From a candidate division FCPU426 bacterium (lineage in GTDB: Bacteria > Oederibacteriota > JAJYGY01 > DAIDJD01): DNA of 43,415 bases. This document shows positions 1 through 9,463 of the stretch, piece after piece. Position numbers and translations under genes: made by a program. The stretch spans positions 1 to 43,415 of the forward strand of contig JANLXT010000247.1 in the NCBI GenBank assembly GCA_031365225.1. Reading direction: 5' to 3'. The notes under the pieces are model-generated. The model was not told the DNA's origin. It saw nothing but the letters and a program-made list of their open reading frames with translations, and searched no databases. Position 1 is the stretch's first letter. Every line of letters starts with the position of its first letter.

Positions 1-1841
1 CCCAGATCGGCAATGCGCTAGACCGCCCCAGCCAGTTAGAGCTCAAAGGTTTGCCCAGTTCTGGCGGTCTCTATGCGCCGACCCTGCGCCATTGGCAAGG
101 CCTCTTTTATCTGACCTGCAACAACGTCGGTGGCAAAGGCAATTTTATCGTGATGGCCAAAGATCCCGCGGGGCCCTGGAGCGAACCATTGTGGATGGAT
201 GATTTTGGCATCGACGGGGACATGTTCTTTGACGATGACGGCAAGGCCTATTACACCCGCCAAGATGGTGGCGAAAAGGGCGGCATCGCCCAGGCTCAAT
301 TTGACCCAAAGACCGGCAAGCTGCTGACGCCCTTTAAAAAGATATGGAACGACCTGAGCGAAGTTTGGAACGAAGGACCCCACCTTTATAAAATTAAAGG
401 CTGGTACTACCTGATGCTGGCCGAAGGTGGCACGGGGTCCAATCACATGGAAGTGATCGGCCGCTCAAAGTCACCCTCGGGCCCCTTTGATCCCAGCCCA
501 CACAATCCTGTGCTTACCAACCGCGATGAGCCCCAGAGTCCCATTCAATGCTCGGGTCACGCTGACCTGGTCGAGACACCTGCGGGCGACTGGTTTTTGG
601 TGCATCTTGCCACCCGGCCTGTCGCGGGCACGTCGGTGCTGGGTCGCGAGACTTTTATGGCGCCCGTCACGTGGACCGCAGACGGCTGGCCCATCGCCGG
701 GGACAAACATCACGCTCGAATGGAATTTGGATCGCCCACCAAAGTCACAGCTAGCGCACAGCGCAGAACTTTTGAAAAAGCCGCGCTCGACCCAGCGTGG
801 ATTTTTATCCGCAATCCTCCCGCCAAGGGCATTTTGTTGGGCGCACGCAAAGGACAACTGCGTCTGGTCGGCAACGCCACCGGATTAGATGACCAGGCCT
901 CGCCGGCGTTCGCGGGCTTGCGCCAAAAAGATTTTATTATGACTGCTCAAACGCAGACCGATTTTAGACCGACCAAAGCAGGTGAAGAAGCCGGCTTGTG
1001 CGTGCGTGCTAACGAAGACAATCACTACGCTATTGTGCTGACGCTTGAGAACGACAAGCCCGTGGTCCAGGCGCGTAGCAGGGTCAAAGGCGACAGCATC
1101 GTGCTTGCCAGCCAGTCCTTGGCCGAAGGTCCAGTCACCCTGCGGATCAGCGCCAGCCGCGCCCAATATCAAATGGCCTTTTCGCAAGACAGCAAGACCT
1201 GGGTCACTCTTGGCGCGACCGAAGCCGCGGCGCTCTCGCCCGAACGAGCGGGCGGATTCACTGGCGCGGTGCTAGGCCTCTTTGCCGTCAACGCCACCGC
1301 GGATTTTGCTTGGTTTGAGACGCACGCCGGTGTCACCCATACAGACATCGCCCTCAGCCCTCGACCGACACCGGTGCCACCGCCCCCCTCCACCACGTGG
1401 CGCATTCATTGTGGTGGTGGAGACTACACCGATAGCGCAGGCCAACTTTGGAAAAAAGACATCGGGTATGTCGGCGGCCAGGTCACGGGCGCGTCCCACC
1501 CCATCAGCGGCACCAAGGATCCCGCGCTCTATCAAAGCGAGCGCTACGACAAAGATTTTGGCTACGCCCTGCCCGTGCCGCCCGGAAAATATCAAGTGAC
1601 CCTGAAGTTTGCCGAGATCTACTGGGGCAAGCCCGGCGACCGCTTGTTTAGCGTGATGATCAACGACAAAAGAGTCTTGAGCCACTTTGACTTGTTTGTT
1701 GAGGCCAACGGTAAAGACAAAGCCGTGGATCGAGTCTTTAAGAACATAGAACCCTCCATCGACGGCCTGCTCCATCTTCGTTTTGTGGCAGATTTTGAGA
1801 ACGCCAAGGTATCGGCCATCGAGGTCGTGCCGCAGCCTTAA
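1..1841 (+). CDS. Glycoside hydrolase family 43 (beta-xylosidase/alpha-L-arabinofuranosidase-like) fused to a C-terminal malectin-like carbohydrate-binding domain; 5' end truncated at window edge
   Basis: ORF 51..1841, but the same frame is open back to nt 3 with no stop, and the N-terminus lacks the start of a GH43 propeller. GH43-like motifs are GPHLYKIKGWYYLMLAEGGTG and DWFLVHLATRP. The last ~150 aa (WRIHCGGGDYTDS...YQSERYD...GKYQVTLKFAEIYW...RLFSVMIND) match the malectin domain pattern. Confidence 0.75.
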   Translation, partial: QIGNALDRPSQLELKGLPSSGGLYAPTLRHWQGLFYLTCNNVGGKGNFIVMAKDPAGPWSEPLWMDDFGIDGDMFFDDDGKAYYTRQDGGEKGGIAQAQFDPKTGKLLTPFKKIWNDLSEVWNEGPHLYKIKGWYYLMLAEGGTGSNHMEVIGRSKSPSGPFDPSPHNPVLTNRDEPQSPIQCSGHADLVETPAGDWFLVHLATRPVAGTSVLGRETFMAPVTWTADGWPIAGDKHHARMEFGSPTKVTASAQRRTFEKAALDPAWIFIRNPPAKGILLGARKGQLRLVGNATGLDDQASPAFAGLRQKDFIMTAQTQTDFRPTKAGEEAGLCVRANEDNHYAIVLTLENDKPVVQARSRVKGDSIVLASQSLAEGPVTLRISASRAQYQMAFSQDSKTWVTLGATEAAALSPERAGGFTGAVLGLFAVNATADFAWFETHAGVTHTDIALSPRPTPVPPPPSTTWRIHCGGGDYTDSAGQLWKKDIGYVGGQVTGASHPISGTKDPALYQSERYDKDFGYALPVPPGKYQVTLKFAEIYWGKPGDRLFSVMINDKRVLSHFDLFVEANGKDKAVDRVFKNIEPSIDGLLHLRFVADFENAKVSAIEVVPQP

Positions 1842-1865
1842 CACCCATGCCATTGACCGCTTAAA

Positions 1866-1896
1866 TAAAAAAGCCCCTGAAGGAGGGGCTTTTTTA
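1866..1896. terminator. Bidirectional rho-independent terminator between convergent genes
   Basis: aaaaAGCCCCTgaaggAGGGGCTttttt: a 7-bp GC stem with a 5-nt loop, flanked by an A-tract and a T-tract. It therefore works on both strands. Confidence 0.8.
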
Positions 1897-2550
1897 TGCG
1901 CAAACACCAGAGGGCGGGCGGCTTTCCCAATCCGGCAGATCAAAACCTAGCTCTAACAAGCGTTGCTTCAGTTCTAAGTCATTAAAAGTGTAGTGAAAGC
2001 CTCGCAGGCCTTGGGCTCGCGCCGCCTCGACATACGCCCCTATATCATCTAAAAAAAGAATACGGTCGGCGGGTACGCCACACGCCTTGATGGCGATATC
2101 AAAGATGGCGGGCTCGGGTTTACGCGCGTGAACTTCGTTGGACGCCACTACTTTTTCTACGCTATCAAAAAGGCGGTACATCTGCTTGAGGTGCGCTAGG
2201 TGCTCGGCGTTGGTGTTGCTAAGGGCCAAAAATCGGGCCTGCCCTTGTAGTTTGGCCAACAAGGTTTCCATGGGTCGATTGACCTCAAAATAATCATTCC
2301 AAATCTCGAGCCACTGACTGTATGTCCACGTCAGGCCATAGCGAACCTGCAAGCTGCTATAGAACTGGGGTCCATCGCAGTCCCCTCGCTCGTAGGCGTG
2401 ATGCGGCGAATCAGGCGAGCGCAGCTCCGCAAGATAGATCTCTTTGGTAAAACGAGGGTTGTTCTCGACCAAACGCGCCAAGAGCTGGTCCGTCTTTAAG
2501 CGCACCAGCACATTGCCGATGTCAAAAAGGATCACATCCACCACGGGCAC
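1894..2550 (-). CDS. HAD-superfamily hydrolase, subfamily IA (YihX-like FDxGNV motif I)
   Basis: N-terminal VILFDIGNVLV resembles E. coli YihX MLYIFDLGNVIV. C-terminal LFLDDIGAYVEAARAQGLRGFHY is a typical HAD motif III/IV. Only a 3-nt gap to the upstream gene. Confidence 0.75.
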   Translation of the reverse strand: MPVVDVILFDIGNVLVRLKTDQLLARLVENNPRFTKEIYLAELRSPDSPHHAYERGDCDGPQFYSSLQVRYGLTWTYSQWLEIWNDYFEVNRPMETLLAKLQGQARFLALSNTNAEHLAHLKQMYRLFDSVEKVVASNEVHARKPEPAIFDIAIKACGVPADRILFLDDIGAYVEAARAQGLRGFHYTFNDLELKQRLLELGFDLPDWESRPPSGVCA

Positions 2551-2553
2551 GGA

Positions 2554-3096
2554 TCAGGATCCTCGTTTGGATTTCAATTCATCGATCAATTCACGCTCCG
2601 CGCCCAGCCATTTTTTAACATATTCAGGTAGCGCTTGATTAGGCGGGGTGACCTTCAACAGATCAAAGACCGCCTGCGTGGGCACCGGCCCCTCTTTACC
2701 CGCCATCAATCCTTTGACCACGGCCAAGCAATAGAGCTCGCCCGCGCGCTCAAAGCGCTGCTCAAAATAGATCCATTTCTCGTCAAAACCCAGCACCCGC
2801 GTGCGCAAAGTAAAGAGCTGCCAAACCTTCAGCGCCTTAAAATGCCTGCACATCGACACCGCGATCAGGGGCTGCCAGCCCCGACCAAACCACAGACGCA
2901 TGGCTCCCGCCCGCAACATCAGATCCATGCGACCTAGATCCATCAAGGTCAGGTAGCGTCCGTTGTTCATGTGCACGTTCAGGTCAAGGTCGTTGGGCCA
3001 GACGCGCAACGTTAAAGCGCTGGGTTCATGCATGGGACGATGGCGTCCAAAGGTGCCCCGCGCCATGATATATAAAAGACGCAGCAGAAAGCTCAT
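2554..3096 (-). CDS. Acyl-CoA thioesterase, hotdog fold (4HBT/YbgC-like)
   Basis: LRVWPNDLDLNVHMNNGRYLTLMDLGR matches the 4HBT DxNxHVNNxxY signature. 180 aa. 4-bp overlap with nadB. Confidence 0.6.
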   Translation of the reverse strand: MSFLLRLLYIMARGTFGRHRPMHEPSALTLRVWPNDLDLNVHMNNGRYLTLMDLGRMDLMLRAGAMRLWFGRGWQPLIAVSMCRHFKALKVWQLFTLRTRVLGFDEKWIYFEQRFERAGELYCLAVVKGLMAGKEGPVPTQAVFDLLKVTPPNQALPEYVKKWLGAERELIDELKSKRGS

Positions 3097-4718
3097 CGCG
3101 GATTTTTCTCCTTGCTTGGATCCAGCACCGTGTTCTTAAGCCAGCGCTTGTCATCCGTCTTGGGGCAATCAAGATTAAAGTGTAGGCCCCGGCTCTCGCG
3201 GCGCGCCATGGCACAGCGAATGCTGAGCTCGGCCACGGTGGCAAGATTGCGCAGCTCTAGCAGATCAGGCGTGACCAAAAAATCCCAATAGTATTGATCG
3301 ATCTCTTCGCGCAACAAGCGCACTCGGCGCAGAGCGCGTTCGAGACGCTTGTCGGTGCGCACGATGCCCACATAATTCCACATGGTGCGGCGTATCTCGT
3401 CCCAGTTTTGGGTCACGACCACCGCTTCGCTTGAATCCGTGGCGCCAAAAGTTCTCCACTTGGGCGCCTGACTTGACGCGGGACGTCTAACCTTGCTCTT
3501 AAGCACGTCTTGAGCGGCGCGATGACCAAAAACCAAGCCCTCTAACAAGCTGTTGCTGGCCAGTCGATTGGCTCCATGCAGGCCCGTGCAAGCGACTTCT
3601 CCAGCGGCGTAGAGCCGTTTGACGCTGCTACGTCCACTCAGGTCTGTGAGCACCCCGCCACATTGATAATGCGCCGCGGGCACCACAGGGATCCACTGTT
3701 TGCTTATGTCCACGCCGTAGCTCAAGCAGGTGGCGTAAATATGCGGAAAACGGCGCTTGATCCAGGCCGCCGGTTTGGCTGTGATATCCAGATAAACGCA
3801 ATCGTCGCCTGATTCTTTCATGCTGGCGTCGATGGCGCGCGCCACAATATCACGGGGCGCCAGATCTTTTAGTTGGTGGGCCCGACTCATAAAGGCCCGC
3901 CCGCGCTTGTCACGCAAGACGCCGCCCTCACCCCGCACAGCTTCGCTTATCAAAAAGCTCTTGGCTTGGGGGTGAAAGAGACAGGTCGGATGAAATTGAA
4001 AGAATTCTAGATTGGCGACCTTGGCGCCCGCGCGCCACGCCAGTGCCACGCCATCCCCCGTGGCCACATCGGGGTTGGTGGTGTAGAGATAGACCTTGCC
4101 CGCGCCACCCGTGGCGAGCAGGGTCGCGCCAGCCAAGAACGTATCCACCTGCCCGCGTTGGGCGTCGAGGGCATAGGCCCCCAGCACTTCTCCCCTTCGC
4201 GTGATCAGGTCCACGGCGTGATGCCACTCAAAGAAACGTATGCCCTTTTGCCGGCGCGCGCGCTTGAGCAAGGCTCGTTGAATCTCGGCTCCCGTCAGAT
4301 CCGAAGCATGCAAAATGCGGCGAGCGCTGTGCCCGCCCTCGCGCGTCAGATCAAACTCGGCTGCGCCACGCGGCGTGGCCTTGGATCCCTTGGCGCCAAA
4401 CTCGCGGCTAAACCTCACACCCCAACGCATCAGGTCGGCGATGCGTAAAGGACCGTCCCGCACGACCGCCTCAACCACGGCAGGGTCGCACAGACCCGCG
4501 CCCGCCTGAATGGTGTCTTGGGCATGGGATAAAAAGCTATCGTCGGGGCGCAACACGCTGGCGATGCCACCCTGCGCGTATGCGGTGTTTGTCTCAAAAG
4601 CTTGGCGCTTAGACAACACGGCGACGCTGTGCCCCTCTTCGGCCACGCGCAAAGCAAAGCTGAGCCCCGCGATACCGGACCCCAGCACTAAAAAATCATC
4701 CCGCCTGACTTTGGTCAC
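3093..4718 (-). CDS. nadB: L-aspartate oxidase
   Basis: 541 aa. N-terminal FAD fold DFLVLGSGIAGLSFA. Succinate dehydrogenase/fumarate reductase flavoprotein-like core (RGEGG) and capping domain. Length and motifs match NadB. Confidence 0.9.
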   Translation of the reverse strand: MTKVRRDDFLVLGSGIAGLSFALRVAEEGHSVAVLSKRQAFETNTAYAQGGIASVLRPDDSFLSHAQDTIQAGAGLCDPAVVEAVVRDGPLRIADLMRWGVRFSREFGAKGSKATPRGAAEFDLTREGGHSARRILHASDLTGAEIQRALLKRARRQKGIRFFEWHHAVDLITRRGEVLGAYALDAQRGQVDTFLAGATLLATGGAGKVYLYTTNPDVATGDGVALAWRAGAKVANLEFFQFHPTCLFHPQAKSFLISEAVRGEGGVLRDKRGRAFMSRAHQLKDLAPRDIVARAIDASMKESGDDCVYLDITAKPAAWIKRRFPHIYATCLSYGVDISKQWIPVVPAAHYQCGGVLTDLSGRSSVKRLYAAGEVACTGLHGANRLASNSLLEGLVFGHRAAQDVLKSKVRRPASSQAPKWRTFGATDSSEAVVVTQNWDEIRRTMWNYVGIVRTDKRLERALRRVRLLREEIDQYYWDFLVTPDLLELRNLATVAELSIRCAMARRESRGLHFNLDCPKTDDKRWLKNTVLDPSKEKNPR

Positions 4719-6487
4719 GCTTGATCCTTGAATTGCAGCTCTACCAGGCCCCGATAAAGGCCATCGCGCGCCATCAACTGGGCATGCGTTCCTTCTTCGG
4801 CCAGCTTGCCATCTTTAAGGACTAAGATCTTGTCCGCGCTCACCACCGTGCTTAGGCGATGGGCGATGGTAATCGACGTGCGCCCTTTGAGCAGGACTTC
4901 GAGCGCGGCTTGCACGTCAGCTTCGGTGGCGGTATCCACACTGGCGGTGGCTTCGTCCAGGACTAGCACCTTGGGGTCAAAGACGAGCGCGCGCGCAAAC
5001 GAAAGCAGTTGCTTTTGACCCGTGGAAAGATTATTGCCACCTTCGGCCAAGACAGCGTCGTAAGCCCCTGGCAGAGCGCGTATAAAAGCGTCCGCCTGGG
5101 TCTGCTGGCAAGCCCACACCACCCGATCCCTTGGAATGCTCGGATCCGAGAGCCTTAGGTTCTCAAGGAGCGAGCCAGAAAACAAAAAGGGTTCTTGAGG
5201 CACCAAGGCAAAAGCTCGCCTGAATTCTTGCCTTTTAAGCGTGGCTAGATCCACTCCATCGAGCAAAACGCGGCCCTCTTGCAAGGGATAAAAGCGAAAC
5301 AGCACGTTGGTCAGGCTGGTCTTGCCCGCGCCAGTGGGACCGACCACCGCCACCCGTTGACCCGCCTTGGCCTCAAAACTAATGCCGTCCAAGACCCACG
5401 ATCGTTCGTCATAAGCAAACCTGACATTCTCAAAAACCAGATCTCCGCGCACCGTGCCCAAGGATCCCGCGTTGGCTGGGTCTTTCACCTCTTCGTCGCG
5501 GTCCAACAAAGCAAAGAGCCGCTCGCTGGATGCCATGCTACTCTGCAAAATATTGTATTTTTCTGTTAGATCGCGTAACGGCTCAAAAAATCTTTGCACA
5601 TACATCACCACCGCGACCACCGTGCCGATGGGCAGACTCCCCGCCAGATGCCGCAGGCCGCCATACCAAAAGACCAGCGTGATCGCCAAGGCTGAGAGAA
5701 ATTCAGCCAAGGGCAAGAAAAAGGCGTTGATGCGGATCTGCTTGAGCAAAATGCGCAAATTTTCACTATTGAGGTTATCAAATTTTTGAGCATTGCGAGC
5801 CTGCCGATTAAAGAGCTGCACCGTGGTCATGCCCTGCAAATTTTCTGTTAAAAAAGCGTTGAGCCGAGAAGTGTTGGCCCGCACCGCCCTGAAGTTCTCG
5901 CGCGCGCGACGACGAAAGAGAAAGGTTCCCCAACCCAAAAATGGCAGGGTCGCCAGCGCTACTAAGGCAAGGCGCCAATCAAGCATGAACAAGGTGACCG
6001 TGATGACGACGAGCGTAAAAAAATCTTGAAAGATCGCCGCGACGCCCGCCGTAAAGAACTGATTGATCGTCTCAACATCATAGATAACCCGCGTCATCAA
6101 CGCACCCACGGGATTTTTGTCAAAGTAGCGCAAAGGCTGGCCGTGAATCTTAGCGAACGCCGCCATGCGCAGATCAAGCATCAAGGCGTGTCCCATGCGC
6201 TTGGTCTGCAAGGTCTGCCAGCATTGCAAGCCAAAGACGCTGATCACCGAGATCAAAAAATATCCTGCCCAGGGCAAGATGCCTTGGGCGTCACCTTTTA
6301 GGACGTGCTCATCGATGATGATCTTGACAAGCAAAGGCCGCGCCTGCTCGGCCAAGGTGATCAAGAGCAAAAGGATCGCGGCAACCCCGAGATCCTTCCA
6401 GTAGGGACGCGCAGCGCTGATCAAGCGCTTGGTCAGCACCCAATCATAGGCTTTCTCGTCTAACGACAGACCATGCGCATCTTGCAC
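4715..6487 (-). CDS. ABC exporter, fused permease/ATPase half-transporter with canonical NBD
   Basis: N-terminal 6-TM domain. Walker A GPTGAGKTS, signature LSTGQKQLLSFARAL, Walker B VLVLDEATASVD, H-loop IAHRLST. Confidence 0.85.
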   Translation of the reverse strand: MQDAHGLSLDEKAYDWVLTKRLISAARPYWKDLGVAAILLLLITLAEQARPLLVKIIIDEHVLKGDAQGILPWAGYFLISVISVFGLQCWQTLQTKRMGHALMLDLRMAAFAKIHGQPLRYFDKNPVGALMTRVIYDVETINQFFTAGVAAIFQDFFTLVVITVTLFMLDWRLALVALATLPFLGWGTFLFRRRARENFRAVRANTSRLNAFLTENLQGMTTVQLFNRQARNAQKFDNLNSENLRILLKQIRINAFFLPLAEFLSALAITLVFWYGGLRHLAGSLPIGTVVAVVMYVQRFFEPLRDLTEKYNILQSSMASSERLFALLDRDEEVKDPANAGSLGTVRGDLVFENVRFAYDERSWVLDGISFEAKAGQRVAVVGPTGAGKTSLTNVLFRFYPLQEGRVLLDGVDLATLKRQEFRRAFALVPQEPFLFSGSLLENLRLSDPSIPRDRVVWACQQTQADAFIRALPGAYDAVLAEGGNNLSTGQKQLLSFARALVFDPKVLVLDEATASVDTATEADVQAALEVLLKGRTSITIAHRLSTVVSADKILVLKDGKLAEEGTHAQLMARDGLYRGLVELQFKDQA

Positions 6488-6497
6488 CGTGTGCTCC

Positions 6498-8252
6498 TCA
6501 GCCCAATCCCGCTTGGGCCGCTAAACGTTCGCGACGCGTCATCTCGGCATAGTAGCCTTCTTGCGTCACGAGACTGGCATGGTCACCCGACTGGACAACG
6601 TGCCCGTCCGCCAATACCAGCACACGATCACAAAGCCTTAACGTTGAACTGCGATGCGAGACCAGCACAACCGCCGTGTCAGGCAGGGCAGCACGCAAGC
6701 GCGTGACAATGCGTTCTTCGGTGGCGGTATCCACGGCACTGAAAGCATCATCAAGGAGCAACAGGCTCGGCTTCTTGAAAAAAGCTCTCGCCAGGGCCAA
6801 CCGTTGCCGTTGACCCCCTGATAGATTGACGCCCCTTTCGCCCAGCATGGTTTCGTAACCCTGTGGAAAACCAAGCACCGTGTCATGCAGATCGGCGGCC
6901 TTGGCGGCGGCAAGGATCTCTTCAAGGCGAGCGGCCGGATCGCCCTGCTCAGCAAATCCTACGTTTTCTAGCAACGTCTCAGAGAAGACAAACGGCTCTT
7001 GTGCCACCACGCCGATGCTGGCGCGCAAACTGGTCAAGGACCAATCCCGAATATCCCGCCCCTTGAAAAAGACTTGGCCCTCGTCGGGATCCGCCAAACG
7101 CGGGATCAAGCGCAACAAGCTTGTCTTGCCAGCGCCCGTGCGCCCGGCCAGCCCCACCCACTCTCCCGCCTTGATCTCAAGGGAGAGGCCCTTCAAAACC
7201 CAAGGGCCGTCCGCGGTATAACGTGCGCCAACATTCTCAAAATGCACAACACTCGCATCCGCCGAGAAGGTATCCGTCGCTTGCTGCTTGTCGTCAATGC
7301 TAGGCAAACTATCATAGACATCATTCAAGCGCTCAAGACTGACCCGTCCACGCATATAGATGTTGGTGCTAAAACCCAGCGCCATCAAAGGCCAGACCGC
7401 CGCCAATAGATAGTCGTTCATCGCGGCAAAACTGCCCAAGCTAAGCGTGCCAGCAGCCACGCGTTGGCCCCCTCGGTAAAAAAGCACCAACTCGGCGATG
7501 CCTGACAGCACCGCCAAAAGTGGCCAATAGTAGGCTTCGATCCGTACCAAGCGCATAGCCACGGCGCGATAGTTTTCGGCCAAAGCCTTAAAACGACCCA
7601 GCTCTTCTTTTTGGCGGGCAAAGGCGTGTAGCACCTTGACCCCGCTAAAACTCTCGGTGGCGGCCTGTGATAATTGGTCCAAACATGCTTGGGTCTCGAT
7701 AGAACCTTGGCGCACACGGCGCCCAAGCGTGATGACCAAAAAGGGGATGAGGGTCAATGGCAACAACGACCAAAGCGTCAAGTCGCTATCAAGGCGTAGC
7801 ATAAAAAAAATGGTGAAGCTGATCATCGTCACGCCATCCAAAAGCGCCAACCATCCAAAACCTAGGCTCTCGCGGACCGTGACCAGGTCACTCATGGCCC
7901 GTGACAAAAGATCGCCCACGCGCAGACGTTGAAAAAAATCTGGCGAAAGGCTGAGTAGCTTCTCAAAAAACTGACGGCGCATGCCGTACTCGACTTGCCT
8001 TCCCATACCAAAAAATCCCATGCGCCAGCCATAGCGCAACCCGCCTTGAGCCGCAATCGCCCCTAGCCGCAAGAGCGCCCAGCCCACCACCGCGGCAATG
8101 GCGGCCCCGCCTCGCAAGTTGTCGATGGCGTGCAATAGCAAAAGGGGCAGGGCCTGCTGTAACAGATTGGTTGTTAAAAGGGCCACCACGCCCAAAGTGA
8201 ATAGAGGAGCCTGACGGCGAAAATGAGGCCAAAGGTGTCGGAAGGCGGACAT
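6498..8252 (-). CDS. ABC exporter, fused permease/ATPase half-transporter with degenerate Walker B (partner of 4715..6487)
   Basis: Walker A GRTGAGKTS, signature LSGGQRQRLALARAF, Walker B LLLDDAFSAVD with Asp in place of the catalytic Glu. This is the typical asymmetric heterodimeric exporter arrangement. Confidence 0.85.
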   Translation of the reverse strand: MSAFRHLWPHFRRQAPLFTLGVVALLTTNLLQQALPLLLLHAIDNLRGGAAIAAVVGWALLRLGAIAAQGGLRYGWRMGFFGMGRQVEYGMRRQFFEKLLSLSPDFFQRLRVGDLLSRAMSDLVTVRESLGFGWLALLDGVTMISFTIFFMLRLDSDLTLWSLLPLTLIPFLVITLGRRVRQGSIETQACLDQLSQAATESFSGVKVLHAFARQKEELGRFKALAENYRAVAMRLVRIEAYYWPLLAVLSGIAELVLFYRGGQRVAAGTLSLGSFAAMNDYLLAAVWPLMALGFSTNIYMRGRVSLERLNDVYDSLPSIDDKQQATDTFSADASVVHFENVGARYTADGPWVLKGLSLEIKAGEWVGLAGRTGAGKTSLLRLIPRLADPDEGQVFFKGRDIRDWSLTSLRASIGVVAQEPFVFSETLLENVGFAEQGDPAARLEEILAAAKAADLHDTVLGFPQGYETMLGERGVNLSGGQRQRLALARAFFKKPSLLLLDDAFSAVDTATEERIVTRLRAALPDTAVVLVSHRSSTLRLCDRVLVLADGHVVQSGDHASLVTQEGYYAEMTRRERLAAQAGLG

Positions 8253-8262
8253 GGGTGTAGAC

Positions 8263-9456
8263 CTAATGGGACGAAAGAGTGTCTTGCAGATCTTGAGCCA
8301 GCGTGACGTCCACGGCGCGCAGGCGCTCTATCTGGGCATGGGCCGAATCTTTATCCCCAAGCTCTTCGAGCACCAGCGCCAGGTTGTAATAGGCCTGACC
8401 CAAGCTCGGGTCCAAACGGATCGCTTCTTGATAGGACTGACTGGCTTCTTGTTTTTGCCCTTGCTGATCAAAGATCACGCCCAAGTTATAGCGAGCCTTG
8501 GCGCTATGCGGATCTTTTTGCAAAGCTTGGTCAAATTCGCGTTGCGCGTTCTTGGTCAAGCCCTGCCGCAAGAACAGCGTGCCCAGCTGGTAGTGCGCGC
8601 GAGCGTATTCTGGATGCAGCTCAACGGCGCGCATCAACGTCTCGGCCGCGGCTTCTTGCAAGCCGCTTTCCATTTGCAGGGTGCCGAGACTGACCAGCAT
8701 CTCGGAATTGTCTGGGCGCAATCGCAACGATGCCTCGGCGGCGTCGATTGCCAAGGGCAGTTGACCAGTGGCCGTGTAGAGCGCCACCATATTTTGGTGC
8801 GCCCATTCATGATCGGGGTTCACCGACAGGCAGGCCAGATACGCTTCCATGGCCTCGTCTCGCCGACCCAGGTCCTCAAGTAAAACACCCAGATTAAAAT
8901 AAGCGTCGGCGTACTTGGGGTCCAGGCTCACCGCTTTCGAAAAATACTCGATCGCCTGGGACGCGTCCCCTTCTGCGGACGCCAAGGTCCCCAGATAGTA
9001 GAAGACCACGGGTTGATCAGCTTTGAGGGCTAAAGAGCGCTCAAGTTGAGCGCGAGCCGAGGCTAGATCCTGCGCCTCGTAATCAAGCACCCCAAGATTG
9101 AAGTGCGCTTCGGGCAAAGCGTCGTTGTGAGCGATCGCTTGGACGTAGTGCGCCCGGGCCTCGTCATTGCGGCCTTGCGCGTGCAGATCCGCCCCCAAAT
9201 TGCAGCGCGCTTCACTGTGGTCCGACTGCAGCTCGAGGCAACGCTCGTAAAACTTTATCGCCTGTTCCAGATCACCTTTACCGTCGAGCGCGACGCCCAA
9301 GAAAAAATAGACATCAGCGTCGTCTGGAAAGAGTTGCAGGCCTTTCATCAGCTCACGCACCGCCAAATCAAGATAGCCCCGGTCGAGGCAATCCTGGCAA
9401 AACTTAAGGCGTCCGTCCTTGCTGCTAAGATTTAGGTCGTTTTCGTCCATCGTCAA
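8263..9456 (-). CDS. Tetratricopeptide (TPR) repeat protein, cytoplasmic
   Basis: Around 10 consecutive 34-aa repeats with the W/LG/Y..A..Y/F..A TPR pattern (e.g. AYFNLGVLLEDLGRRDEAMEAY). No signal peptide. Confidence 0.8.
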   Translation of the reverse strand: MTMDENDLNLSSKDGRLKFCQDCLDRGYLDLAVRELMKGLQLFPDDADVYFFLGVALDGKGDLEQAIKFYERCLELQSDHSEARCNLGADLHAQGRNDEARAHYVQAIAHNDALPEAHFNLGVLDYEAQDLASARAQLERSLALKADQPVVFYYLGTLASAEGDASQAIEYFSKAVSLDPKYADAYFNLGVLLEDLGRRDEAMEAYLACLSVNPDHEWAHQNMVALYTATGQLPLAIDAAEASLRLRPDNSEMLVSLGTLQMESGLQEAAAETLMRAVELHPEYARAHYQLGTLFLRQGLTKNAQREFDQALQKDPHSAKARYNLGVIFDQQGQKQEASQSYQEAIRLDPSLGQAYYNLALVLEELGDKDSAHAQIERLRAVDVTLAQDLQDTLSSH

Positions 9457-9463
9457 CGCTCAA

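Noticed and set aside
1-446. 136-aa minus-strand ORF at the window start
   Set aside because: It is antisense to the GH43 coding region, where the protein-level motifs are convincing.
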